DNA of 63,247 bases, filler included, from a bacterium (GCA_026985515.1; 11 parts of 11 records of this genome joined end to end with filler, not necessarily neighbours in it); one strand, 5' to 3'. Numbered from the whole stretch's first letter, positions 1 to 10,192 are shown. Translations and numbers: made by a program. Notes: generated by a model not told the origin, from the sequence alone.

Positions 1-405
1 CACACCAGATGTATCTCTGTCAAGTCTGTGGATGGGATAGATAGTGGAATCGATTTTTTTCTGGAGAATATCTTTGACTCCAAAATTCCAGCCACTTCCA
101 CTGTGAATGGGTATGCCTGAAGGTTTGTTAACGCAGATCAGGGAATCATCTTCAAAAATAATTTCAAGGGAATTTATCAGGTTTTCCGGAATTGAAACTT
201 CTTCTCTTTCGTCAGGCTCAAAGGGAATGTAAATTTTATCCCCCGGAGTGAGTCTGTAATCTGGTTTAACCCGTCTGCTGTTTACCAGAATGTCTCCGCT
301 TTTGATTAACTGGTAGATTTCTGAAAGAGGAATTGTGCGAATGATCTTCCTCAAGTATCTGTCAATCCTCAGGTTTTTTTCTTCTTCCCCCGCTGTGATT
401 TCCAT
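1..405 (-). CDS. RluA/RluC-family pseudouridine synthase (runs off window start)
   Basis: Not in the ORF track; manual translation from ATG at 405 gives an S4-like N-terminus (RIDRYLRK...LVNSRRVKPDYRL), VNKPSG and the catalytic motif HRLDRDTSGV. Confidence 0.93.
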   Translation of the reverse strand, partial: MEITAGEEEKNLRIDRYLRKIIRTIPLSEIYQLIKSGDILVNSRRVKPDYRLTPGDKIYIPFEPDEREEVSIPENLINSLEIIFEDDSLICVNKPSGIPIHSGSGWNFGVKDILQKKIDSTIYPIHRLDRDTSGV

Positions 406-406
406 C

Positions 407-1687
407 TCAGATGATCCTCTTGAAGTGATCAAAAATCTCCATGTCAATTTTATCTCTGAATTTTTTCTCCATCAGTGAGAGGGCCTTTCTGGATGATAGT
501 TCTTTTCTGTATGGTCTCGGAGATGTGAGAGCCTCATAAATATCTACTATTGTGAGTGTCCTTGTGAAGAAGTCCAGGTCCTTACTGCACAGTCCCCTCC
601 AGTACCCTGTGCAATCGAGGTATTCGTGATGTTTGCCCACTATCTCTGCCACATCATCCATTCCATAGATTTTTTTTGCTATCATTTCAGAATAATAGGG
701 ATGTCTGCGGACAACCCGCCATTCAGATCTGTTGAGTTTCCTTTTCAGACTGAGTACTTCAGGAGGTATGTGGAGTTTTCCTATGTCATGAATGGCGGCA
801 GAGAGGGTCAATTTCTCAATATCGGCAGGAGAGAGGTAGAGATTTTCTCCAAAATGTTTGAGGAGTTCTGCAACATTCTTTGAATGGGGTTTTTCATAGT
901 TGCTCCACACCTCTTCCATGTAGCTGAAGAGTTCCCCTATTGTGCCTGAGTCGAGAGATTTATCCCCCTCCTCCTCCGGTTTTATTCGAACAATCTCCTC
1001 CTCAACTTCTCCATCAATGAGGAAGTCAATGAAGTCATTATCTTCAAATTTCTTGAGAAGTTCAGAAACTATTTCATAATCATACTTCTCAAACTGCTCC
1101 TTCAACCAATTTTTCACCTTTTCCACATTGTGTCTGTCATCATTTAAGAGGTGAATACTCTTTTCAGACAGGCAAACAATCTGATTTACGGGAGATGAAA
1201 TTTTGTTCGCCACGTATCTGCTGTGGAGGAATTCTTTAAGTTTTTGAAGAACTTCTTCGGGAACTCCATAAGTTTTAAAAGCGTGGAGAGTTTCCTCAAC
1301 ACTTTTTTTCAGTTCGTTCTTCCACTCTTTTAAGAGGTCCTCATTTATTGTTTTTTCAACTGCTTCTCTGAAACATGAAAACCCACATTTTTTGTGGTAA
1401 CTCCAGAGAGATGAGTACCTTTTCAATTTTCTGCTGAGGAAGTTCCTTATGAAAAGAATGCCAAAATCATGGAAAATTGAGGCATAAAAGAGGGCAAGCA
1501 GGTCAGTTTCATCCTCTAATATGTGTTCCCCAATACTCATGGAAACGAAAGTTAGTTTGATACCGTGGCTCAATGGTTGATCCTCTGCAAGATCAATCGC
1601 CTGAGTTATTGCAAAGGCGAAAGAGAGTCTGACAGGTTCCTCCTCTTCGCTTTTTATTATTTTTTTCAGTACCCTTGAGAAATCCAT
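407..1687 (-). CDS. HD-GYP family phosphodiesterase with degenerate N-terminal HD domain
   Basis: C-terminal HSKNVA, HDIGK, HP, HHE-x-L-D-x-T-GY(W)-x-GL and DIYEALTSPRPYR; a second FHDFG motif near the N-terminus. Confidence 0.85.
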   Translation of the reverse strand: MDFSRVLKKIIKSEEEEPVRLSFAFAITQAIDLAEDQPLSHGIKLTFVSMSIGEHILEDETDLLALFYASIFHDFGILFIRNFLSRKLKRYSSLWSYHKKCGFSCFREAVEKTINEDLLKEWKNELKKSVEETLHAFKTYGVPEEVLQKLKEFLHSRYVANKISSPVNQIVCLSEKSIHLLNDDRHNVEKVKNWLKEQFEKYDYEIVSELLKKFEDNDFIDFLIDGEVEEEIVRIKPEEEGDKSLDSGTIGELFSYMEEVWSNYEKPHSKNVAELLKHFGENLYLSPADIEKLTLSAAIHDIGKLHIPPEVLSLKRKLNRSEWRVVRRHPYYSEMIAKKIYGMDDVAEIVGKHHEYLDCTGYWRGLCSKDLDFFTRTLTIVDIYEALTSPRPYRKELSSRKALSLMEKKFRDKIDMEIFDHFKRII

Positions 1688-4308
1688 TTTTCTTCCTCTT
1701 TCTTGCTGAATGTTACTCTAATTCCCCTCAGAGTGCCTTCATTTTTTCCCGCTGGTGTAATGGCGGCAGCGATAGTCAGATCCTGATTACCCCCCACAGG
1801 CAGAATTATTGTACCCGATTTACCATTTATCTTCAAAGGATGGGAAGCAAAGATTGAGGGAATAAGATTTCCCATCAGATTGTTGTTTATGTATGTTCTT
1901 ATGAAGAGATTTTCTCCTGCGAAATCTATTCTGCAGAGGAAATTTCCATTCCAGTCGGGTGTGTGGATAAATTTTTTTACCCACACAATATTGCCTGAGG
2001 AAACCTGTAACGGAAGGTTTTTAAGAGACCAGAGGGAATTTACAAAATTTTCGTAAAACTTTTCTTTTTCTCCAATCAACCCCTTCATGAAATACCATTT
2101 TCCTCTGAGTGTTATGGTATATTCTCCAACCTTCACGAGCCCCTGTCCAAGGAATCCCGGTCTGTGGTAAAAGTTAAAGAGTGTCAGATACTCCTGGTAA
2201 GGGACGAATTTTGCCGGGAGGGTGTTCAAGTAAAGGGGGTCATCAAGGGGAAAGGAGCCCACAGGCAGTGCCATTATGATGATGTAATTGTTACCGATTT
2301 TAATCTGGCGCCTGTTGAAAGGTACCGTTACATCTTCTCCGTAGGCCAGGATTGTTCCAAGATAGTTGCCATTGAGAAATATGTTAAAAAGTCCGTTCGC
2401 CGATGGGAGAGTGATATAGCCGTTGCCTCCATGGGTATTTCTGAATGGTATGTAAACCCAGTAGAAACCTGATGTGTAGTTGTATGGGGAGGGGGAAAAG
2501 TAGTCTTCAAAGGCGTTTCCCTCAAGCCAGTTATCCCTGTTGTAGATGGGATTGTATTTATCGCTGAAAAGTGTTTCATTGAGAGTGTAGAGTTCTGTTA
2601 AGATGGCAGTTGACACTGCTGAAGAGAAATTTACAGTCGTTACAGTCTCGGGATAATCTCCACCTATTCTCTGAATAACCCCGTTTTTGCCTCCCCAGAT
2701 GTGCAGTGTCCCATCTATATCCACAGCGTAATCTATTCCCTTCAGGAGAAGATTCAATCTGGGGAGGAAAGAGAGGTGTTTTAGTCTTTCAGGAGGAAAA
2801 CCGTAGATAAGGATTTTGCCCCTGTTTTTTGAAGAGGAAATTTCCACGAGGGAATCGGTGAGAAATCTGATCCGTGTAAGATCGATTTTATTCCACTGGT
2901 TGGGAATGATTTTCACGCTGCCAGTGGTACTTATGCTGCAGTTTTCTGAATCTTCAGCAATGAGATATATGGTGGAGGTGGTTTTGCCAGCATAGAGTAC
3001 CCTGCAGTTTTCAATGATGGTTGATGGAAAATCTCTGGAAGAAATTTCTATTTTTAACTCTTTCTCATCCGTGTAGAGGATGCTCATCAGACTGTCTCTA
3101 CATTCCCATTCTCTGAAAATTTCTCTGCCTCTTTTGCTGCTGATATATTTCCACCAGATTCCATTTTCCATATCCAAATCATTACTGCTCCTCCACGTTT
3201 TCCACTCTACTATTCTGCAATGATCAGGGAAAAATCCTTCATTGAGCCATCTTGCAACTAAATTTAGTTCAGAGGCTGTTACAGAAGGTGGAGAGTAAAG
3301 GGAAATCAGTCCATTTTCAACAGGTGGTTGTGGACTTATCTCCGTTGCTCCCTCGGGATAACTTTTCCTATCCCATCCCTGAAGATCATCGGGATATAGG
3401 GTGGTTACAAAATTTGGAATGATAACACCTGAAAATCCTGCGGCTGATGCAGTAAGCACTTCATATGGATTGCTTTTCAGGAGTTTGAAAAAAGAGGGTT
3501 TCTCCTCTCCATACACACATTGATTGATCTTTTCCCCTGCAATTAATTGTGAATTTGATAGTTGAGATTCTTCCTCTATTAAAAAAGTCAGGTCCGGATA
3601 GTTTTTAACGAAGAAATTTATAAGGTTCTGCCTGTACTTTGTTATCATATTCTCTGATGGCGGGATCCCAAGGTATGTTAATGTTTCAAACCACACTGCT
3701 TTCAATCTATGAAGGTCTCCCTCAATCTGGACTGCAAAAATATTTCCAGGATTTTCATATGCATGGAGAAAGGGGAAAAGAATATCAAGGAGGGATTCTC
3801 CATATGAGGTGAATAGATTAATAAAATCTTCATCCGGGGTTCTTAAGGCTATTTTCCCATCACCATTTTCCGGTAAGAAGTAGAGATATCTCTGAAGCCA
3901 TGAGGGAAGACCCCCTCCAGAGGCATTTTCCAACGACTGAGGTGAAATATTCAAAATTACCAGGAAATCTGACTCAGCTGCGATTCTCAAAAGTGCCCTT
4001 AAGTTTCTCCTGTCGTTGAGGAAATCGGGGGGATTTTGTTCTGGTTGATGAAAGATCCATGGTACAGAGATATAGAGGGTGTTGATTCCAGAGGATTTAA
4101 GCTGGAATAGTAAATCCTTCCAGATCCTGAAATCATCTTTCTCAGTAGATGAATGTGGCGGGTATGAGTAGTAAGGAAAATTTGATGCCACTATGAATTC
4201 TTTTCTGCCATTTATTGTGAAATTTCCCCTCCTGTGCCAGCCCATTGATGTTTCATTTTCGCAGGAGAAAAGGGTAAGGAGGAGAATGAAAGGGAAGATC
4301 CGCCTCAT
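1666..4308 (-). CDS. GH35 beta-galactosidase-like lipoprotein, catalytic motifs degenerate
   Basis: Lipobox LFSC; GH35-like N-terminus (INGRKEFI, GINTLYISVPWIFHQP, GGLPSWL, VQIE); C-terminal galactose-binding-like beta-sandwich segments (IFLNGNYLG, YINNNLMG). Confidence 0.7.
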   Translation of the reverse strand: MRRIFPFILLLTLFSCENETSMGWHRRGNFTINGRKEFIVASNFPYYSYPPHSSTEKDDFRIWKDLLFQLKSSGINTLYISVPWIFHQPEQNPPDFLNDRRNLRALLRIAAESDFLVILNISPQSLENASGGGLPSWLQRYLYFLPENGDGKIALRTPDEDFINLFTSYGESLLDILFPFLHAYENPGNIFAVQIEGDLHRLKAVWFETLTYLGIPPSENMITKYRQNLINFFVKNYPDLTFLIEEESQLSNSQLIAGEKINQCVYGEEKPSFFKLLKSNPYEVLTASAAGFSGVIIPNFVTTLYPDDLQGWDRKSYPEGATEISPQPPVENGLISLYSPPSVTASELNLVARWLNEGFFPDHCRIVEWKTWRSSNDLDMENGIWWKYISSKRGREIFREWECRDSLMSILYTDEKELKIEISSRDFPSTIIENCRVLYAGKTTSTIYLIAEDSENCSISTTGSVKIIPNQWNKIDLTRIRFLTDSLVEISSSKNRGKILIYGFPPERLKHLSFLPRLNLLLKGIDYAVDIDGTLHIWGGKNGVIQRIGGDYPETVTTVNFSSAVSTAILTELYTLNETLFSDKYNPIYNRDNWLEGNAFEDYFSPSPYNYTSGFYWVYIPFRNTHGGNGYITLPSANGLFNIFLNGNYLGTILAYGEDVTVPFNRRQIKIGNNYIIIMALPVGSFPLDDPLYLNTLPAKFVPYQEYLTLFNFYHRPGFLGQGLVKVGEYTITLRGKWYFMKGLIGEKEKFYENFVNSLWSLKNLPLQVSSGNIVWVKKFIHTPDWNGNFLCRIDFAGENLFIRTYINNNLMGNLIPSIFASHPLKINGKSGTIILPVGGNQDLTIAAAITPAGKNEGTLRGIRVTFSKKEEEKWISQGY

Positions 4309-4314
4309 ATAACT

Positions 4315-4343
4315 ATACTATTCCATGAACGGCTACAGGTCAA
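4315..4343 (-). promoter_or_regulatory. sigma70-type promoter, probably leaderless, for the GH35-like gene
   Basis: Minus strand TTGACC-17 nt-TAGTAT, then 6 nt to the ATG at 4308; no Shine-Dalgarno. Confidence 0.55.
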
Positions 4344-5692
4344 ATGATTTTCAGCTTTCTTGAGGGATTTTCCTGTTCCAGAATATTTAGTACTGCTTCA
4401 TCACTGTAGCTGACTTTCCTCAACTTATCAAGATAGTCCCTTACAAAATGCTTTGTGATTTCTATGCCATAGCTTTTCAGGATCTCTTTTATTTCGTCAA
4501 AATCTTCATCTATTGAAAAGATCACAGATTCAAACCCTTTTTTGGCCGCCTTGGCCCTGTTCCAGAAGGCAACAGGATTCATGTTGAAGAACTCTATGTC
4601 ATCTTCTGTTGGTTCAATGAGGATTATGTCGCCATTGAAGGATGGGTCATACTTGAATCTTTCGATTCCCACTTCCAATCTTGTGTGAAGAAGCGTCCTG
4701 AAGACCTGGTTGAGGACCGAGAGAATCCCCTTATCCGCTATGTATGTTCCCTGGACGCTGTATTTATCCAGTGCCTCTATGTATTCAACATGAATCTCAT
4801 TATAGATGGGCCTGAAAGGATTATAACAGATTATCAGTTCTGCACCATGCTCATAGGCAACATCAATATTTGCAGTTCTCCTTATTCCTCCATCTACATA
4901 GTCAATTCCTCTTATCCTTGCAGGTTTGTAGAATCCAGGCAACGCTGTGGATGCCTGGACTGCCTCAGAAATTGTGATGTCATTCCTCTCATTGTGACCG
5001 AAAACAACCCTTTCGGCGGTGTCAAGATTTGTGGCAGTTATGAAAAGTTCTTTCCCCGTTCTTCTGTAAAGTTCAACAAAATCGTTGGACAGGTTGTTTC
5101 TCTCTATGTTTTCTCGCAGGAATTTTTCAATCCGCTTATTGTCAAAGAAGCCTGAAGGGAGATATTCCAGGGGGTTGGGGAACTCCGGTGATATCATTGA
5201 ACTGGCTATTGGTTCGAGGATCTTTTCCAGATTTGAGTAGGTTGGATTTTTAATAAATTTTTTTACCTGCTCCTGTACCTCAAATAAAAGATTAGGAGCG
5301 ATTATGAAGAGGTCGTAGAGAAATTGAGGGAAAACTTTTATGAGATCCACAACGAACTGAATGGGCTTTGAGATCAATTCCCTGAAGTTTGGATAGTAAA
5401 AGTCCCAGTACTTCAGCTGTGAGAATTTTTCAGATGTACCACTGATACTTTTTAACATTTCTTCAGGGGGGATGTCACCTGCAAGGGGTGCGGATAATAG
5501 AGCTCCAGCACTCAGACCAACATATATGTCAAACTCGATTATTTTCCTGTTAAGGAGATAGCTGTTGAGAGCAATAAGTCCCCCCACTTTGAATGCTCCA
5601 CCTGAAACTGCTCCTCCAGCCAGGACGAGGGCAATTTTGGAACTTCTTTTATCTGTGCCTGGTTTGGTTTTTCTGACTATGGTTATTCCCAT
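4340..5692 (-). CDS. Patatin-like phospholipase
   Basis: LAGGAVSGG oxyanion loop, GLSAG nucleophile elbow, ASTALPG and YVDGG motifs. Confidence 0.92.
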   Translation of the reverse strand: MGITIVRKTKPGTDKRSSKIALVLAGGAVSGGAFKVGGLIALNSYLLNRKIIEFDIYVGLSAGALLSAPLAGDIPPEEMLKSISGTSEKFSQLKYWDFYYPNFRELISKPIQFVVDLIKVFPQFLYDLFIIAPNLLFEVQEQVKKFIKNPTYSNLEKILEPIASSMISPEFPNPLEYLPSGFFDNKRIEKFLRENIERNNLSNDFVELYRRTGKELFITATNLDTAERVVFGHNERNDITISEAVQASTALPGFYKPARIRGIDYVDGGIRRTANIDVAYEHGAELIICYNPFRPIYNEIHVEYIEALDKYSVQGTYIADKGILSVLNQVFRTLLHTRLEVGIERFKYDPSFNGDIILIEPTEDDIEFFNMNPVAFWNRAKAAKKGFESVIFSIDEDFDEIKEILKSYGIEITKHFVRDYLDKLRKVSYSDEAVLNILEQENPSRKLKII

Positions 5693-5702
5693 AATTTCCC
5701 CC

Positions 5703-6722
5703 TCATACGGGTTGTTTTTCTCCTCTCAGAAATGCCTCTGCCTCCAGAACATCCTCCTCTGAACCAATTATCAGAGGAGTCCTCTGATGCAAATCCTCAG
5801 GCTGTATTTCTCTGATTCTCCTCTTTCCATCGCTGGCTCTTCCACTTGCCTGTTCAATGATGAAGGCAAGGGGATTTGCCTCATATATAAGTCTCAGCTT
5901 CCCGTTTGGATTCTTTTTGTCTGCTGGATAGAGAAAGATTCCTCCATAGATCAGGGTTCTGTGAAAGTCTGCAACGAGGGAACCTATGTATCTCATTTTG
6001 TAGGGTTTGCCATTTGCATTTTTATCAGATTTGAGGTAATCAATGTATTTTCTCATGTTTTCATCCCAGAGATTGTAGTTTCCTTCATTGACACTGTAGA
6101 TGTTTCCCCTCTTTGGAACCTTTATATCTGGATGTGAGAGGAGAAACTCTCCAACTGATGGATCAAGTGTAAATCCATGAACACCATTTCCTGTTGTGTA
6201 CACCAGCATTGTTGATGAGCCATAGAGAACATATCCTCCACAGACCAGATTGTCACCCTTCTGAAGCACATCCTCCAGCGTACCTTTGGTTCCCTCGGGT
6301 GTTACTCTTCTGTAGATTCCAAAAATTGTACCTATGGTGGCATTGACGTCAATATTTGATGAACCATCAAGGGGGTCAAAAACAAATACATACTTTCCCT
6401 GAGGATACTTATCCGGTATCTCTATGATCGTCTTGTTCTCCTCTGATGCCATCACACACAGGTGGCCGACGTGATCAAGTGCCTTGATAAAAGTTTCATT
6501 GGCATAAACATCAAGTTTTTTTACCTCATCGCCACTTACATTTGTCTCTCCAGTGAATCCAAGTATGTTTACCAGGCCAGCCTTGTTTACCTCCCTGCTG
6601 ACAATTTTTGCAGCAAAGGCAATCTGGTTAAAGAGAAGGGTGAATTCACCTGTGGCACCCTTTATCCTTCTCATCTCTTCAAGAATATGCCTTGAAAGTG
6701 GTGTACCAATTTTATCTGACAT
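5703..6722 (-). CDS. fbp: Fructose-1,6-bisphosphatase class 1
   Basis: [31 protein letters not shown] and [11 protein letters not shown] motifs; ATG at 6722 with GGAGG upstream. Confidence 0.97.
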   Translation of the reverse strand: MSDKIGTPLSRHILEEMRRIKGATGEFTLLFNQIAFAAKIVSREVNKAGLVNILGFTGETNVSGDEVKKLDVYANETFIKALDHVGHLCVMASEENKTIIEIPDKYPQGKYVFVFDPLDGSSNIDVNATIGTIFGIYRRVTPEGTKGTLEDVLQKGDNLVCGGYVLYGSSTMLVYTTGNGVHGFTLDPSVGEFLLSHPDIKVPKRGNIYSVNEGNYNLWDENMRKYIDYLKSDKNANGKPYKMRYIGSLVADFHRTLIYGGIFLYPADKKNPNGKLRLIYEANPLAFIIEQASGRASDGKRRIREIQPEDLHQRTPLIIGSEEDVLEAEAFLRGEKQPV

Positions 6723-6759
6723 GGCAACCTCCACTTTTTCTTCAGTTTACTTTTATTAA

Positions 6760-6787
6760 ATTATAGTTTAATGACGTGAAAAGTCAA
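6760..6787 (-). promoter_or_regulatory. sigma70-type promoter of the fbp-patatin unit
   Basis: Minus strand TTGACT-16 nt-TATAAT upstream of the fbp RBS. Confidence 0.6.
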
Positions 6788-6883
6788 ACTCATGAGGGAA
6801 GAAAGTTTGAAAAAAGATAATTGACAATTCCTTGACATCCCCTCCTTTCTGGTTGTAAAAATAATAGTGAACCGGGAGGTTTT

Positions 6884-8131
6884 ATGATTTTCAAGAAGGA
6901 AGACAGAAAAGAGATTCTGGAAAAATACGCAAAGTATGTTTCAAAGGGAAAGGTGGATCTCTACACCCAGTTTGGATTTGATCTTGTGGCAGGGGAAAGA
7001 GGTGGGGTTAAATTGAAGGACATTGGTGGTCGCGAATTTTACAATGTGCACTGCAATGGGGGGGTATTCAATCTTGGCCACAGAAACCCTGAGGTTATTG
7101 CCGCGTTGAAGGAGGCTCTTGAGTACTACGATATCGGCAATCATCACCTCATTTCTGGTCCCAGGGCTATTCTTGCTGAGAAACTTGTCTCCACCTTTCC
7201 AGATCCCCTGAACAAAGTTGTTTACAATGTAGGTGGAGGCGAAGCTATTGATCTTACGATAAAAATTGCAAGGGGTTACACAGGGAGAATGAAAATAATT
7301 TACGCAAGGGGTGGGTACCATGGCCACACAGGCCTTGCCCTGGCTGCCGGTGAGGAGAAATTCAAAAAGCCTTTTTTAGGTGAGACTCCAGATTTCATAC
7401 CTGTGGAGTTTAACAATATTGATGCAGTGAGGGAGAAATGTACTGAGGAAGTCGCCGCCGTGATCTTTGAAACGGTACCTGCCACAGGGGGGATAAAAAT
7501 ACCATCTCCCGATTTTTTCCCGGAAGTCAAGAGGATCTGTTCTGAGAAGGGTGCCATGTTTATCATTGATGAAGTTCAAACAGGTTTTGGAAGAACAGGA
7601 AAGTTGTGGGGATTTGAGCATTTTGATTTTGTCCCTGACATAGTTGTCATAGGTAAGGGAATGAGCGGAGGAATCTATCCAATTACCGCAGTGATTTACA
7701 ATGAGGAGTATGAAACCATTTTCCTGCAGGATCCCTTTATCCACATTTCAACCTTTGGGGGAAGTGAACTTGGATGTCATGTTGCAATGAAAGTGCTTGA
7801 AATCTCCTCAAGGAAGGAGTTTCTGGATAATGTAAACAAACAGGCTCAGATCTTCAGAGAGGGGGTAGAATCTGTCATGAATGAAATCCCCGGGGTAATA
7901 ACTGAATTCAGACAGCTTGGTTTGATGATGGGGTTAAAAATAAAGGATGAGATGACTGCCCTGATATTCCTGAAACACTTATTTGATAATGGAGTTTACA
8001 CAGTTTATTCAGGCAATGATCCCTCTGTGATTCAGTTTCTCCCTCCCCTCATTATTCGTGAAGATGAGAGCAGGGATATCCTTGATCGTATAAGGAAGAC
8101 CACCATGAGTGTCAGGGAGATAACAGGATGA
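6884..8131 (+). CDS. Class III PLP-dependent aminotransferase (acetylornithine/putrescine aminotransferase-like)
   Basis: LGHRNP, GGEAID, GYHG, FIIDEVQTGFGRTG, GKGMSGG (PLP Lys) and STFGG motifs; GGAGG RBS. Confidence 0.93.
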   Translation: MIFKKEDRKEILEKYAKYVSKGKVDLYTQFGFDLVAGERGGVKLKDIGGREFYNVHCNGGVFNLGHRNPEVIAALKEALEYYDIGNHHLISGPRAILAEKLVSTFPDPLNKVVYNVGGGEAIDLTIKIARGYTGRMKIIYARGGYHGHTGLALAAGEEKFKKPFLGETPDFIPVEFNNIDAVREKCTEEVAAVIFETVPATGGIKIPSPDFFPEVKRICSEKGAMFIIDEVQTGFGRTGKLWGFEHFDFVPDIVVIGKGMSGGIYPITAVIYNEEYETIFLQDPFIHISTFGGSELGCHVAMKVLEISSRKEFLDNVNKQAQIFREGVESVMNEIPGVITEFRQLGLMMGLKIKDEMTALIFLKHLFDNGVYTVYSGNDPSVIQFLPPLIIREDESRDILDRIRKTTMSVREITG

Positions 8132-9120
8132 GAAAAATTGTAGAAAAAAAAGGACTTGCAGAACATATTCCTGACGATGTGATTTTTGAATTTGAGGAAA
8201 AATTAAATCCTGCCTATCCCGAGAAGAGTGAAATAGAATTGAGAGTAATTGGCTATGGTGAAATAAGCACCACTTTTAACATTCCGCATCCATGCTGTGA
8301 GAAAATTGTTTTTAAGCGGATTCCCGTTTTTGAAAATGAGGAGCAGTTAAGGGATTACACCGCCCTTTACAACGAATATCTTGATTTACTTACTCAGAAT
8401 GGCATTGATCTCCCTGAAAACGGATACCTTTCTCTTGTAACTGATGATGACAGAATAGTTTTTTACGATATTCAGGAGTTACTCCCTTCTGAATCCATAG
8501 GCAACAAAATAATTCATATTGTTGATGATCAGCAATCCCTTGAACTTTTTAAAATGGTTCTTGAAAGGATGAAGTCCATATGGGAATACAATTCATCTCA
8601 TCCTGAAAAGCATATTGGTCTTGATGGGCAGATATCCAACTGGGCACTTCCTGATTTTCCCGAAGCAAAAAGGGTAACTTCTGGTATGAAGATTGTATAT
8701 ATAGATGTGAGTACTCCAATGATAAGGGAAAATGGAAGACATCTCCTAAATGCCGAGCTTTTCCTGAAAAGCACACCACCCGGCTTGAGATGGATTGCAA
8801 AGAAGTTTTTCCTGCAGGATGTTCTTGACAGATACCATGACCTGCATCTTGTAATTGTTGATCTTATTGCTAACCTCTATAAGGAGAAGAAAGAGGAGCT
8901 TATACCACCATTGATTGAATTTACAAACAAGTTTATCGAAGAAGAATTGGCATCTTTAGGTGTTGAACCGATAACAGGTGAAGAGGTGAAAAAGTATTAT
9001 AAAGAAGACGCCTTTATCTGGAGTTTCTATTTAACGGCAAGGAAAATTGACAGGTTCATTAAAACAAGGATACTGAAGAAGAGGTATGAGTTCATTTTAC
9101 CCGGAAAAATAGAAAGATGA
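8128..9120 (+). CDS. DUF6206-like protein with protein-kinase-like motifs
   Basis: VIGYGEIS, VFKR, GLDGQISNW and YIDVSTP motifs; ATGA overlap with the upstream aminotransferase. Confidence 0.65.
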   Translation: MRKIVEKKGLAEHIPDDVIFEFEEKLNPAYPEKSEIELRVIGYGEISTTFNIPHPCCEKIVFKRIPVFENEEQLRDYTALYNEYLDLLTQNGIDLPENGYLSLVTDDDRIVFYDIQELLPSESIGNKIIHIVDDQQSLELFKMVLERMKSIWEYNSSHPEKHIGLDGQISNWALPDFPEAKRVTSGMKIVYIDVSTPMIRENGRHLLNAELFLKSTPPGLRWIAKKFFLQDVLDRYHDLHLVIVDLIANLYKEKKEELIPPLIEFTNKFIEEELASLGVEPITGEEVKKYYKEDAFIWSFYLTARKIDRFIKTRILKKRYEFILPGKIER

Positions 9121-9134
9121 GCAGGAGCAGAAGA

Positions 9135-10091
9135 ATGGGGAAAAAATATTTATTTTTCGTCTTCATTGCAATCATATTTACCACTTCCCTCATGGCAGAA
9201 GGGTATGGTCCCTTTGTTGTTACACAGATCAGGGGGAATTTCGTTTATTTTGTGGGTAGTGAAACAGATTTTCTCATGCATAACAGATACTTCAGAGTTT
9301 TCAGAGTTGTACCGGGGAGATTCCCCAGGAGTCTGACAGACGTTGTTCCTGTGGCTGCGGCGAAAATATATGCAATATCCAGAGATGGTGGTATTCTTTA
9401 CTTCAAAAAAGGTGTTCCTGAAATTCTACGGAAAGGAGACAGGATTGTTATCGTTAAAGGTAACAAGATAACATTTGGTTTCAGCAAGAAGAAAAAAAGA
9501 CCCAGGGTCAAGTCCTTTTTTTTTGCTGATCTGGAAGAATCGATGTTTGAAACAGATGTGAACAGATTGAGATTAAAAGCTTCTGAAGAGCTTGTGAATC
9601 TTCTTTCAATTGTTGGACTCAGATTTGATGTTAGTTATATAAACAACAGATTTGTTCAGAGGAAGAGGTTATCCACCGAACCCGGTTCAGTTGAAATTAG
9701 CCGGGTTTATGATTTTGTTTCCATTTCTGCTCTCATAGGATTTGTTGATGTGGATTATGCCTTTCTGTTTGGTCCCATGCTTGGGGTTGTAAATGGGGTA
9801 AATGCCGGAGGTGTTGAGATTACATACAGATATGGTTTTCCCTACGAAAGCTTCTTCCAGATCAATCTGGAGGATGTTCCCACTGCCGATTATCTTGAGA
9901 TAGGTGTTAAGGGTAGATTCAAAACCACTGACAACAGAGGACTTTTGTTCAGGTATCAGTACAGCTCATATCCAGAAGTTGATCACAACAATCACTACAT
10001 CTCCATGGGACTGAGTTTTGTTAAGGAGAATAACATTATAAATGTTTACCTGGGTGTGGGTCTCAGTGGAGAGGATTACAGGGGTCCCACA
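9135..10091 (+). CDS. Secreted hypothetical protein, possible C-terminal outer-membrane beta-barrel (3' truncated)
   Basis: Signal peptide MGKKYLFF...SLMA; alternating aromatic strands in the C-terminal half; runs into spacer. Confidence 0.5.
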
Positions 10092-10191
10092 NNNNNNNNN
10101 NNNNNNNNNNNNNNNNNNNNNNNNNNNNNNNNNNNTTAATTAATTAANNNNNNNNNNNNNNNNNNNNNNNNNNNNNNNNNNNNNNNNNNNN
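10092..10191. other. Artificial contig-joining spacer (N44-TTAATTAATTAA-N44)
   Basis: The same 100-bp linker with stops in all six frames also occurs at 20258-20357, 22800-22899, 25335-25434, 33831-33930, 43765-43864, 46227-46326, 56139-56238, 58557-58656 and 60943-61042. Confidence 0.99.
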
Positions 10192-10192
10192 T

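Noticed and set aside
6821-6865. Two TTGACA hexamers upstream of the aminotransferase
   Set aside because: No well-spaced TANNNT -10 could be assigned, so not listed as a promoter
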